Source: Octopus bimaculoides (lineage: Eukaryota). Taken from it: a stretch of DNA of 44,073 nt. Position numbers and translations under genes: made by a program. The notes under the pieces are model-generated. The model did not search any database, was not told where the DNA came from, and saw nothing but the letters and a program-made list of their open reading frames with translations. The stretch is taken from contig NC_068991.1 in the NCBI RefSeq assembly GCF_001194135.2, positions 80,493,228 through 80,537,300 of the forward strand, in the 5' to 3' direction. Positions 22,243 through 33,844 of the stretch are shown piece by piece (the first letter of the stretch is position 1; every line of letters begins with the position of its first letter).

Positions 22243-22842
22243 TAAATTAAAGGAAGAGGAAAACAAAAGCAAGGCAGGACAAGCTTATCAGATCATTTAA
22301 ATTATTCTAATTATTTTCAATTGTTAATCAAAGTAAGCAAGAGTAGATAATAATGTCTTACAGCTGTTTCTGGGAAATCCTAGGTAATGGATCAATGTGT
22401 TGATCCACATTTCCATATATTCTGTCATATCCTGAGTATTCCATTACTCAACCTGCTTTCTGAACTATGGACTGAACTGGGATTATACATAAGGTGATAC
22501 ACTTTCAAGGAAATATGGATAAAGCCCCAAACCCTCTGGAATAGGATGAACTTATGAGCCTCAAACTTCATCCTTTTCTCTTCGTCAAATTTTCTCTCTC
22601 CATCTCCACATAGAAGTTTCCTGCGTATATACTTCTTGTCTCCAATGATAAACTACTCAGAATATATGGAAATGTGGATCAACACATTGATCCATTACCT
22701 AGGATTTCCCAGAAACAGCTGTAAGACATTATTATCTACTTTTGCTTACTTTGATTAACAATTGAAAATAATTAGAATAATTTAAATGATCTGATAATAA
22801 ACTTGTCCTGCCTTGGTTTTGTTTTCCTCTTCCTTGAATTTA
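22243..22842. mobile_element. Long foldback element (about 183-bp inverted arms, 233-bp spacer)
   Basis: 22243-22424 is the reverse complement of 22658-22842 with about 4 substitutions and one 3-nt indel. TA occurs at both outer ends. Confidence 0.9.
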
Positions 22843-22984
22843 TACTCACTGACTTAGAAGTAGGCTACGGACCCCCAACTCCAGCCCCTGTTCTCAACTT
22901 GGATCTTAATAGCTTATCAATTGCAGCAGCACTCAGGCAGCATACCTAATTAGCTGGGATCACTAATGGCCTTAACCCTTCCTC

Positions 22985-23235
22985 TGTATGTATGTATGTA
23001 TGTATGTGTGTGTGTATGTATGTATGTATGTATGTACGTACGTATGTATGTATGTATGTATGTACGTATGTGTGTATGTATGTGTGTGTGTGTATGTATG
23101 TATTATGTATGTATGTATGTGTCTGTATGTATGTACGTTTGTATGAATGTATGCATGCATGTATACATGCACGTATGCATGTAGGTATGTGCAGGCAGAC
23201 AGACAAGCAGACAGATAGATAGATAGATAGATAGT
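22985..23235. repeat. (TATG)n...(GACA)(GATA)n compound microsatellite
   Basis: Directly visible. Confidence 0.95.
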
Positions 23236-23518
23236 TATACGCCCATGTCTCTGACACTCATCTGGCAGCATTGTGACACCTCTAATGTTTCTGCCAGCCC
23301 TAACAGCCATTAATAATGGGTATCATATGCAATCCTTAAACCTATGTGTCCCAAGCTCTTTATTTACTTAAAGTTATCATCCTGTTATTGTTATCAGTGG
23401 GCTAATGTTATTGAAAATGTTTTATTGCAAATTAACACAATACTCAACTTCTGCTAAATAAACAATCTCAGCCAAAATTCCAAGAAATCAGGAGAAAGAA
23501 GTCTGTTGCAGTGAAAGG

Positions 23519-23691
23519 CAGGGGTGGACTGAAAGTATTAAGGGCCCTTGGGCATAACTGTTTGCCAGGCCCCTTAGCAGTGTATATGTGAACGTATGTT
23601 TTAGTAGAGTTAACAGGTATAGAGTGCAGGCCCTTCAGAGCTCCAGGCCCTTGGACAGTGCCCAACTGACTGATGGCTCAGTGCACCCCTG
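23519..23691. mobile_element. hAT-type MITE (173 bp) rich in GGCCC motifs
   Basis: TIRs CAGGGGTGGACTGA and TCAGTGCACCCCTG; 8-bp flanks GTGAAAGG and CTGAAAGG (7/8 identical, TSD). Confidence 0.85.
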
Positions 23692-25456
23692 CTGAAAGGT
23701 AACACGATGACATCTCGTCAACACCCACCTCTCTTTTCTCTTTTTCCAGACCAGGGTCAACGTGTTTCTCCTTTACAATAAGACACCTGTTCCTCTCCCT
23801 CTCTCATACTTTCTCTCTCTCTCTCTCTCTCCCAATGCCTTCTTCATATTTTCATCATCATCATCATCATCATCCCCACTACTATCACATCACTCCAACT
23901 CCTTATCTTCACCCTCCTCCACATCATCACCATTTTACACTCCCTTTCGACAAAGCATCATATTTCTCAGACAGTTCTTCTTCAGAATCACTGCTGTCCC
24001 AGACAATTCAACAGACAACATCTTGCTATAATTAATAGAGTTGGATTTTTACACCTGACGCTCGCTGCCAGTCCACAGTTAACAGGAAGCCTGGACATAG
24101 ATTTCCTGGTTCATTTTCCAGGTGTATCCTATAATTCAATTCAAGGACAAAGTATTTGGTGATGCAATAGTGTTTGCAATAATTAGAGTAAGATTTAATG
24201 CACTAAACTAACAAAATACTCAATGCTTTTATTATTAGTTATCCCATTCGGTTGTACCTTAACTGACGATATCTGTTAGAAGTTAAGCAGGTACTGGCTG
24301 CAAGAGTTAAGTGCCTTTGCCAAAAATATTATAAAGCTCTGATGGTGTGATACGAGCTTGTTAACAATTAAGTTAATAGCTTTTTAATTTACACAGTAAA
24401 TTAAACATCTCTAAAAACTATGTAGGAAATTTCTAGAGAATAAAATCTTAAAATTCCAGATGTTTTTTAATAAAATACACCCATTTGAAAATAATAAACT
24501 GATTAATATAAATATATAAAAAGAAATTAGAAAGGAAAAGCAAAAAAGAAAAAAGAGAACACAGGAAGAGAAGAAAGTAGGACGGCAAAAAAGGCTGATT
24601 AGCAGTTAAGCAACCTTGATTTAGCTTCCCCACAAATGTAACACTTGCATTTGAATAAACAGCCAAATAAACAAGTTTTCCACATTAAATACACATAAAT
24701 CTTTCCTTAATACAAATATAATAATGGTTTCTATATGATAAGCTTTTTGAATTTGAAAAACTTTCTCCGTGCTATTAATATAGGAAACATTTCGATGTAA
24801 ACAGCATCAAAAATGCAAATGAGAGAAAGCTTAGCTGTTTATGCAGCAGCAAGCTAGTAGTATATATACGGTGTGTTGCTCTGAGCTGCTAAGAGGTCCG
24901 CTGCATTGGGATGGTATATTGTACTAATGATAAGTTCATTAGACGCAAACGTCTGTCAGCTGAGAAAAAAACTAACCTAATATTACATATATATATTAAA
25001 AAAACAGTCAAAAATAAATCAGAACTTACAAACATTGTAAATTAACTCGTCAGTCAGTCAGATCAACATTATTATCATAACCTAACAGTTAAGGTGAGAA
25101 ATTCCAATGTTCATTTGACCTCCTTTTAGTCGTTTTGGGGGGGATTCTGTTGAATAGGAAGGGGGTGGGGTGGGGTGTTAGGTTAAATGAAACAATGTTC
25201 TGAAACATTTTTTAGAAGACAACTACTGTGTCATCGTCATCGTCATCGTCAACGCAGTCATTAGCATCACTGCTACTACTACTACTACTACTACCGAATG
25301 CAGCGTCAAACACTGTGAACCTCTTCATTACTATTTACGACGCTCTCATTATCAACCATGTCCCCCTCCTCCTCCTCCTCCTCATCATCATCATCATCAT
25401 CAAACAGAAACAATGTTTCTTTGTTATTAGCATTGCTCAGTCTGTCTGTTCACTCT

Positions 25457-25510
<54 letters not shown>

Positions 25511-25749
25511 CAACAGTTATGTATCTATAATACATAGATAGATACACAGACACTTAGCTATCATCTATCTCTTGATTGATCATCAATCAGCTGATCGATT
25601 TGTTAATCTACCTGTCAATCTATGTGTGTGTGAGTGTGTGTGTATTAGTGTGTGTGTATACATGCAACACACACCTACTAATACTCACACACACACACAC
25701 ACACACACATACAACACATACGCACAAATAGACACACACTTACACACGT

Positions 25750-25789
<40 letters not shown>

Positions 25790-25804
25790 ATGCATACACA
25801 AACA

Positions 25805-25973
25805 TATATACAACGGGCTTCCTTCAGTTTCCCTCTAGCAAATTCACTCACAAGGCTTTGGTCGGCCCAAGGCTATAGTAGAAGACACTTGGCCAAGGTG
25901 CCACGCAGTGGGACTGAACCCATAACCATGTGGTTGGTAAGCAAGCTACTTACCACACAGCCACGCCTGTGCC
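25805..25973 (-). mobile_element. tRNA-derived SINE with well-preserved head
   Basis: Minus strand GGCACAGGCGTGGCTGTGTGGTAAGTAGCTTGCTTACCAACCACATGGTTATGGGTTCAGTCCCACTGCG has A and B boxes, followed by a body ending in microsatellite. Related decayed copies lie at 19167-19220, 26650-26945 and 40015-40125. Confidence 0.85.
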
Positions 25974-26649
25974 TGGTCTGTTTGTCTTTCTTTAAAAGAT
26001 CATTGAAACAATTGTAATACAGAACTCAAAATATCAATAAGTTGTTTCTAAGCCCTCATCCAAATAGGACTCAGTGATTCTAGCTATAAACCCCTGTCAG
26101 CTCTGTAAAAGTACCCCTTCTTCCACCCTCATGCTTCAAAGGATTCTTCATATCTTATGCTCTTCGTTTCATGCTTCTATTCCCTATCACTTTTCCAAGA
26201 CAATCTCAGTTTAACTATCAGGACATTATTGTCAAGTTAGACGTTGCCATTAGCTCAAGGTGTTGATTTGGAATTGCAATGATGCTTCAAAACATGAGCG
26301 CATTCTTTGCATTCTGTTGCACCATGCAGAATCCTGGCTTTTGGCTTTTCTTGTTTACCCTCACATCTGTTTTCTTTTCACTTCTCTTTATGGAGAAGCA
26401 ACAGGATGCAAATTTGTGTTGACATCCATCATAATATACAAATATATACATACATATNNNNNNNNNNNNNNNNNNNNNNNNNNNNNNNNNNNNNNNNNNN
26501 NNNNNNNNNNNNNNNNNNNNNNNNNNNNNNNNNNNNNNNNNNNNNNNNNNNNNNNNNNNNNNNNNNNNNNNNNNNNNNNNNNNNNNNNNNNNNNNNNNNN
26601 NNNNNNNNNNNNNNNNTATATATATATATATATATATATATCTTAGACA

Positions 26650-26945
26650 TGGGTGTAGATGTGGGGTGAAGCAAGTTTCTTCCCAACCAGATGGTTTCAG
26701 GTTCAGTCTCACTGCGTGACACCTTGGTTGAGTGTCCTCTCCTCCAGCTCTGGACCAACCAAAGCTTTCTAAGTGAACGAGTTGATGGAAACTGGGAAAC
26801 ATACATCATACGTGTGTGTGTGTGTGCGTGTGTGTGTGTGTGTGTGTATGTGTGTGTGTGTGTGCGCGTGTGTGTGTGTGTGTGTGTGAACACTTGTCTT
26901 GGCATCATACGGCTGTTGTAAATGAGAAGACACTTGGCCAAGCTG
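26650..26945 (+). mobile_element. Decayed tRNA-derived SINE with internal (TG)n
   Basis: CCAACCAGATGGTTTCAGGTTCAGTCTCACTGCGTGACACCTTGG parallels the 25805-25973 copy. Confidence 0.7.
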
Positions 26946-27195
26946 AAGAATCGATGTAACCCTCATGTTCTGTTGATCCACAGAGTCAGCCTTCTCTGTC
27001 TGCATTGACGTATAAATGTACAATTGGATCATGTGATGTGTAACATGCATGTAAGTACAGACATATGAAGTAATGTATTATACACCAAAATTATTATCAC
27101 ATGATGAAGGGTGTGAAACGGTTGTAACCCAATGGATATCAACTGGCGAAATATATTCACCTCCCATATCTGCTGACTCTTTTTTAGTTTATACA

Positions 27196-27490
27196 CTCAT
27201 CATCATCATCGTCATCATCATCATCATTTAACGTCCGTTTTCCATGCTGGCATGGGTTGGACAGTTTGACAGGGGCTGGCCAGGCAGGAGCCTGTACCAG
27301 ACCTCTGTGACTGTTTTGGCAGGACTTTTACAGCTGGATGCCCTTCCTAGCACCAACCAATCAGCAGAGTGGACTGAGTGCTTTTTACGTGGCACAAGCA
27401 CAGGCGAGGAGGTCAGTTTTGGCAAGGTTTTTACAGCTGGATGCCCTTCCAAATGGCAACCACTTCACAGTGTGCATTGAATGCTTAAGT
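27196..27490 (-). mobile_element. (GAT)n-tailed SINE with internal duplication
   Basis: (CAT)n-TTTAACGTCCGTTTTCCATGCTGGCATGGGTTGG; the motif TTTTACAGCTGGATGCCCTTCC occurs twice. Confidence 0.8.
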
Positions 27491-27924
27491 GGTACCAGCA
27501 CTGCCCTGGCAAGATCACCAGGTCACTTGCAAGACAAGGATCCTTTGAGAGAGGAGGGGGGAATTGACAGGGGGGATCTTGTGTCAGCTGATGAAAGGTT
27601 ATAGTGAGAGAGACAGACAGACAGACAGAAACAGGTGTCTTGCTGTAGAAGAGGTACATGATTACCCAACCTGAAGGAAGAGCAGGAGAAAGAGAGAGTG
27701 GGAGACAGCAGGAGAGAGATTCACGAAATATTTTCATAGATGGAATGTGCTCGATTTCAGCTGCACAGAACTCTGCATTACACTCCTCTGTATTAGATTA
27801 CTTTGTGGTATGGTAGCCGGCTTCACTAGAGGAGCTTTGTTGTGATTGCCATAGGATTCTGTGAATTCATATATTGCACTACAAATTTATAAATTCATAA
27901 ATATTTACATATATATCACCACAC

Positions 27925-28310
27925 ACATCACCATCATTTAATGTCCATTGTCCACACTGGCATGGGTTGGATGGTTTGACCAGGGCTGGCACGCTGGAAG
28001 GCTCCAGTCTGATTTGGCAGGATTTTCTATGGCTGGATGCCTTTCCTAACGCCAACTATTCCAAAGGTGTGATGGGTGTTTTTATGTGCCACCAGCACAA
28101 GTGCCATTTGCATGACATCGGGGTGCGTTTACGTGACACTGGGGTGTATTTACGTGCCACCAGCATGAGTGCCAATTTGCGTGACACTGGTATCTGCCAT
28201 GACTGCAATCTCACTCAGCTTGATGGGTCTTCTTCTCAAGCACAACATGATGCCTAAGGTCTTGGTCATTGCCTCTGAAAGACCCAACACTCGAAAGGAA
28301 CTCAGCTATA
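27925..28310 (-). mobile_element. (GAT)n-tailed SINE, near full length
   Basis: Shares the GGCATGGGTTGG, GGCTGGATGCC-TTCCTAACGCCAAC and GTGCCACC motifs with the other copies. Confidence 0.8.
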
Positions 28311-28799
28311 CATACACACACACACACATCTACTCAGTCATATATATATATGTGTAATTTCAAAAACCGCAGCTTTTGCCTGACCCGAGTAGCCTCCCTT
28401 ACAACACAGCCGTTTATCCAATATGGAATTCCTGTCTTATAACGTAATACCCTGTTAATAGAATCAAGATTAGAACGCGATGAGTTGAAAGGATTTATGA
28501 ATATTTTGAGGGCAGCAGAGAATCAGAGAAAATATTTTCTAATATTTGTTAACAGTGCTTTATGTTTGGGATTCCTGCTAAGGTCAATATCTCTTTTTAT
28601 CTTTCAGGAGTTTCAGTGAAATAAATACCAGTCAGATATTGGGGTCAATAAATTGACTGCTCCCTTCTGAAACCTGGGCCCTTGCATCTCTATCAGAACT
28701 CAGAACAAAAGCTGAGCTGTCTTCTTCTGCCAAAGCTTTGTCAGTGGGTTTGATTGGGGGAAGAGACTGAAGTGTGTTATTTCTTTACTGCTCACAAGG

Positions 28800-28991
28800 G
28801 GCCACAGACAGAGAAACGCATTAAGTCGATTATATCGACCCCAGTACGTAACTGGTACTTAATTTATCGACCCCGAAAGGATTTAAGGCAAAGTTGACCT
28901 CGGCAGAATTTGAACTCAGAACGCAGTGGCAGACGAATTACCGCTAAGCATTCCGCCCGGCGTGCTAACGTTTCTGTCAGCTCGCCACCTT
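28800..28991 (-). mobile_element. tRNA-derived SINE
   Basis: Minus strand GGCGAGCTGACAGAAACGTTAGC...GAGTTCAAATTCTGCC (A-box-like and B-box-like) followed by the GGGGTCGATAAATTAAGTACCAG body. Confidence 0.8.
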
Positions 28992-29115
28992 AAAGAAACT
29001 GAAATGTGTGTGTGTGTGTGTGTGTGTTAGTTGCAAAACATCTCAACCTCCAAGTTTTGGGTCACACTTTAACAGAGTTCTTTCTTTTATTAACATTCAA
29101 AGTAAACTTTCATTC

Positions 29116-29157
<42 letters not shown>

Positions 29158-29749
29158 NNNNNNNNNNNNNNNNNNNNNNNNNNNNNNNNNNNNNNNNNNN
29201 NNNNNNNNNNNNNNNNNNNNNNNNNNNNNNNNNNNNNNNNNNNNNNNNNNNNNNNNNNNNNNNNNNNNNNNNNNNNNNNNNNNNNNNNNNNNNNNNNNNN
29301 NNNNNNNNNNNNNNNNNNNNNNNNNNNNNNNNNNNNNNNNNNNNNNNNNNNNNNNNNNNNNNNNNNNNNNNNNNNNNNNNNNNNNNNNNNNNNNNNNNNN
29401 NNNNNNNNNNNNNNNNNNNNNNNNNNNNNNNNNNNNNNNNNNNNNNNNNNNNNNNNNNNNNNNNNNNNNNNNNNNNNNNNNNNNNNNNNNNNNNNNNNNN
29501 NNNNNNNNNNNNNNNNNNNNNNNNNNNNNNNNNNNNNNNNNNNNNNNNNNNNNNNNNNNNNNNNNNNNNNNNNNNNNNNNNNNNNNNNNNNNNNNNNNNN
29601 NNNNNNNNNNNNNNNNNNNNNNNNNNNNNNNNNNNNNNNNNNNNNNNNNNNNNNNNNNNNNNNNNNNNNNNNNNNNNNNNNNNNNNNNNNNNNNNNNNNN
29701 NNNNNNNNNNNNNNNNNNNNTTTCCTTTGCAATGGAAAATATATTAACA

Positions 29750-30050
29750 TTTTTGTGATGATGATGATGATGGTGATGGTGGTGGTGGCGGCGGCGGCGG
29801 TGAGGGGTGTCAGGTGGTGGTGGTGGTGGTGGTCGTCGTCGTGGGTCTAGTAGAGGCGTCGTTCTTGTTGCTATTAGTAACGTCAGAGACGGTAGAAGTA
29901 TTACTGTTCTTCTTGCTGCTAGGGTTGTAATGTTGTTCTTGTTGGTGGTGGTGGTGGTGGTGTCGATTTTTCTGTTGTTGTTGTAGTAGTAGGGTCGATG
30001 TTGGTATGCAGAGGGCCATGTTGGGGGTGGTGGTCATCGTGGAGTGGCAT
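29750..30050. repeat. Low-complexity (GAT)/(GGT)/(TGT)n tract
   Basis: Directly visible. Confidence 0.9.
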
Positions 30051-30182
30051 TGTCAGTAATGATGAAAACCCATGCTGTCACATGACAATCACAAAGCTGC
30101 ATTCACTAAAAAAAATTCATTTTATTCCTAACCTTCCCCCAAGCTTCTATAGGTGTATGGGTCAACATAGACATATACTAGT

Positions 30183-30572
30183 AGACGAGTTAACCTACAT
30201 ACACCAATGTATTGTTACAGGTCAGGCTGTCATAGATAGATGGCTTAACCCACATGCACTAGTGAATGGGGGTAACCAACATGTGCCAGTCAAGCTGTCA
30301 CAGGTAACCAGGTTAACCAGCATGCACAGGTTAACCCATATACTAGTAAGGGTATATGGGTTAACCAACATACAGTAATCAAGTTTTCACAAGCTGAAAT
30401 ATTAATGAATACACACCTGTTAACCCGTCATAAATAAATGGGTTAACCAAGTTGCAAGCTGTCATAGACAGACGGGTTAATCAACCAGTCAAACTGTCAT
30501 CACTAACATACACCAATGAAGCTGTAATAGGTAGATGGATTGACCAATACATACCAATGAAGCTGTCAATGA
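30183..30572. repeat. Degenerate palindromic minisatellite (GGTTAACC and AAGCTGTCA units)
   Basis: Six exact GTTAAC sites plus variants and about six (A/G)(A/G)CTGTCA-like motifs in about 390 bp. Confidence 0.8.
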
Positions 30573-30789
30573 CTACTGATGGTAGTATTTAGCAGGGGAA
30601 TCAAAGTGAAATAAAACAAAGTCTTTAAGTGGTAACCCTCGACGTGAGAGACATTTAACTTTGGGTGATGAGAAACACCATTGGCAGCTGCCCAGGCATT
30701 AAACTTATACTACATACATATATATATATATATAGATAGATAGATACATACATACATACATACATACAAACATACATACATACATACAT

Positions 30790-31198
30790 ACATACATACA
30801 TACATACATAACCAGCCAACTCAAAAAGTACCCTTGGATCGTAAGGCAACATGCTGTGCTTGAGAAAACTTATTGAGTGAAGTACATCAACATCGAAATG
30901 AAATGAAATCACAATCAAATGGAAATTATAGTTGTGGTCCCCCATGCACATAAAGAGCACCATTCAAGTGTGGTTGTTGCCAGCACCGCCTTGACTGGCC
31001 CTCATGCCGGTGGCGCATAAAAAAGCACCTACTACACTCTCGGAGTGGTTGGCGTTAGGAAGGGCATCCAGCTGTAGAAACATTGCCAGATCAGATTGGG
31101 GCCTGGTGCAGCCTCCTGGCTTCCCAGACCCCAGTTGAACCGTCCAACCCATGATAGCATGGAAAACAGATGTTAAACAATGATGATGATGATGATTA
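30790..31198 (+). mobile_element. (GAT)n-tailed SINE, near full length
   Basis: GGAGTGGTTGGCGTTAGGAAGGGCATCCAGCTGTAGAAAC...CCAACCCATGATAGCATGGAAAACAGATGTTAAACAA(TGA)n. Confidence 0.85.
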
Positions 31199-32187
31199 TA
31201 TACATATATATACACATTTAGTCAAGGGTTTTTATTTTCTTTGTTTCCTTTCCAATTTCCCAAGTTGCTTGGCAACCTCGCTAGTGCTGGCGACAAGAGA
31301 AATGCATCCATCACATGTTGTACAATGTTACGTACTAGGAAAGAGAGGGTGTCCAGCCATAGAAACCTTATCAAAGCTAATCTGGAGCATATTTTATCCC
31401 TGTCACTCAGCGAATCCATTCAAATAATCCAGCCCACAGCACCATGGAAAGCAGAAGTTAAATGATGACAACAACAACAACAACAACAATGGTGGTGGTG
31501 GTGGTACATGCACTGTTCCCTCTGTAATTCCCTCCCACAAAATCTCTTCCTTCCATCGCAGGATAACAGGGTTTCGTCTTTTTGCTTTGGAAGCTGCAAG
31601 GTAAGCCCCGTCGTGCTGATGCCACAAAAGCGGACTCTGTAAATGTTTGGTAGCAACAAAACAGGATTTAAGAAAGTTCTTTAGTGGTACTGATGGCCAG
31701 GCAACCTCTTAAGTGCTGGGGCCTTGAAAAAATGGACCCAGTGCACTTGGTAGTAAAGAAGGTTGATGTTAGGAAGAGCATCAAGCTACAAAATCCGTAA
31801 ATGAGACATTGGTGCAGGACATCGTCTTCCAACCTTTTTGAATTGTTTAGAACTGTCCCTATTCATGACAACATGGGAAAGGAATGGAAAATGATGATGA
31901 GAAACGTGTGTGTGTCTTTTAAATTCATTTATAGTAACGTTAAGGATATGCAAATAAAACTCCTATTTCATTATGCTGGCCACTGTCTAATGATACTGAC
32001 CAGAGGATCAGTTTCTTAGAGTTGTGTCATGGTTATACCAATATAATGTAGGATAAATATGATAAAAACAAAAATTCTTGGATGGAATTTATAAATATTT
32101 AATACATCACTACACGTGTTTCCACAAGTCACATGACTTTAACATCAAAGTCTATATCCTTGGGATGAGAACAGTACTCATCCGAGA

Positions 32188-32236
32188 ATTATTATTATTA
32201 TTATTACTATTATTATTATTATTATTATTATTATTA

Positions 32237-32286
<50 letters not shown>

Positions 32287-32420
32287 GCCTTTGCACAGCT
32301 TCTAACGCTGGAGATGTACTATGGTGTCAGCTGTTCACTACCAGTGAACTAAGGTAACACCTCTTATTTTTCGAGCACATTCCAGAGTATTCGAGCGGTT
32401 CCAAGCAACACTTTCACCCA
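32188..32420 (-). mobile_element. 3' end of an R4/Dong-like (RLE-type) non-LTR retrotransposon with (AAT)n
   Basis: 32411 to 32364 reads VLLGTARILWNVLEK*, matching the R4/Dong C-terminal LLGTARILRKVL motif. A short 3' UTR follows, then (AAT)n at 32188-32286. Confidence 0.7.
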
Positions 32421-33074
32421 CAGATGCACGCATACACATCAGAGAGAGAGAAAGAAGGAAAGTGAAAGAGAGAGAGAAGGCTCGAAACCCGACTCGCCCA
32501 ACCTTAACTTAATTCCGTGCTGGGCGCAACATCAAAACTTTTCCACAAATGACGTCAGTTTGGCAGCAGGAGCAGCCAAGCCCTGACGTCATGTGCTGTC
32601 TCTGACCAAGCTATGATCTCATCAAACAATATATTAATAAACTAATATCAGATTTTCGTTTTATTTATAGTAATTACTTTATAAATAAAACAGCGGTAAT
32701 TAACACTAATTTATATTCCAGTGAGAGACGGAGAAACCACGACGTGGTCAATTGATTGACTAGAAATAGCAGCAGAGTCTGATCAATCTCGAACGCTACC
32801 AGCTTGGAGAAAAGTGAAGGGCTAAATTAATGCAAATACACAATCTACAACAAATAAATAATATGAGAGGGTAGTCATGGTTGGAATGTCTTTGATCGTA
32901 GGTCTACTCTATCAGGTCAAACATGTAGCAAAAGAACAATATTTATATTTTAGCAGGAAACATTTTTCGTATTTTCTTCTCATTTCAGAATGTTTTCGTT
33001 TTTCACTTCTGTCCGATGAGAAAACTTGTTGAAAGTTAGTGAAAAATAGAAAAGTATTGATATGTGGACGCGCG

Positions 33075-33075
33075 G

Positions 33076-33125
<50 letters not shown>

Positions 33126-33345
33126 AGTGGTGATAGCGTCGATGAGGGGAAGTGGAGAATTGGAGGTGATGAAGGTGGGGGGGGAAGCAGTGCTTGCAAT
33201 TGCCATGTTGAGATGAAGCTGATGGTAGTGATATGGAGATGGTGGTGATAGATGGATGGATAGGTGGGTGGGTAGGTGGATGGATGGATGGATAGGTAGA
33301 CAGACAGACAGACAGACACAGACAGATAGATAGATACTTCGTCTT
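33075..33345. repeat. (TG)n and (GGAT)/(GACA)/(GATA)n tracts
   Basis: Directly visible. Confidence 0.9.
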
Positions 33346-33431
33346 TCTTCAATATTATTGCTGAGTTTAAACTTGCACTGCCTATATCTTTCAATTGAAC
33401 CTTGATTGGGCCGAATTTATTGCCTCTTGTT

Positions 33432-33547
33432 AAATACTGCGTTTAGCTGAGTGATGGGCCGAAAATTATCAACGGAATCCCCCTTGTCCGTGTCCTTTCT
33501 GTCAAGTGTCACCACTCCCCGGCGCACAGATCTGGGAATAGACCCGT
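33432..33547 (-). mobile_element. Tx1/L1-like RT N-terminal fragment (inverted piece)
   Basis: Reads GSIPRSVRRGVVTLDRKDTDKGDSVDNFRPITQLNAVF, containing the RT domain 1 motif (Y/F)RPI. Confidence 0.85.
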
Positions 33548-33838
33548 GGTCGTGGTCATCTCTTTGATTCTTCCCTCTGCCACTGAGTGTGTTCTATACA
33601 CTAGCGTACATCTTGTCACCTTGTCCATTGTTTCTGTTGACGCGATTACTTCTACCTTTGTTCCTTCCCTTTTCATCATTTTGATGTACTTCTTCCGTTC
33701 TCTCAAATCTACCCTATTTTCTGACACCTTAGACACTCCTGCGTAGCTCTCTTCCTTTCTGTTGTCCCACGAAGCGTCCGACTTGCCAGAATCGGACACC
33801 TCGGTGTCGCTACTATCTGACGTACTGATTTCATCCAT
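33548..33838 (-). mobile_element. Probable LINE ORF1 N-terminal fragment
   Basis: Open frame MDEISTSDSSDTEVSD...EESYAGVSK...; the acidic start and SYA motif are typical of LINE ORF1. No diagnostic domain is present. Confidence 0.4.
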
Positions 33839-33844
33839 TTTTCA

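Noticed and set aside
24971-25029. Consensus donors (GTAAGT at 25029, AG|GTTAGT at 24976) as a 5' UTR exon of the lipase
   Set aside because: Hexamer donors occur by chance at this frequency and there is no independent support.
30183-30572. CRISPR-like repeat-spacer array
   Set aside because: The repeats are short, degenerate and irregularly spaced, the spacers are mutually similar, the context is eukaryotic and no cas genes are present.
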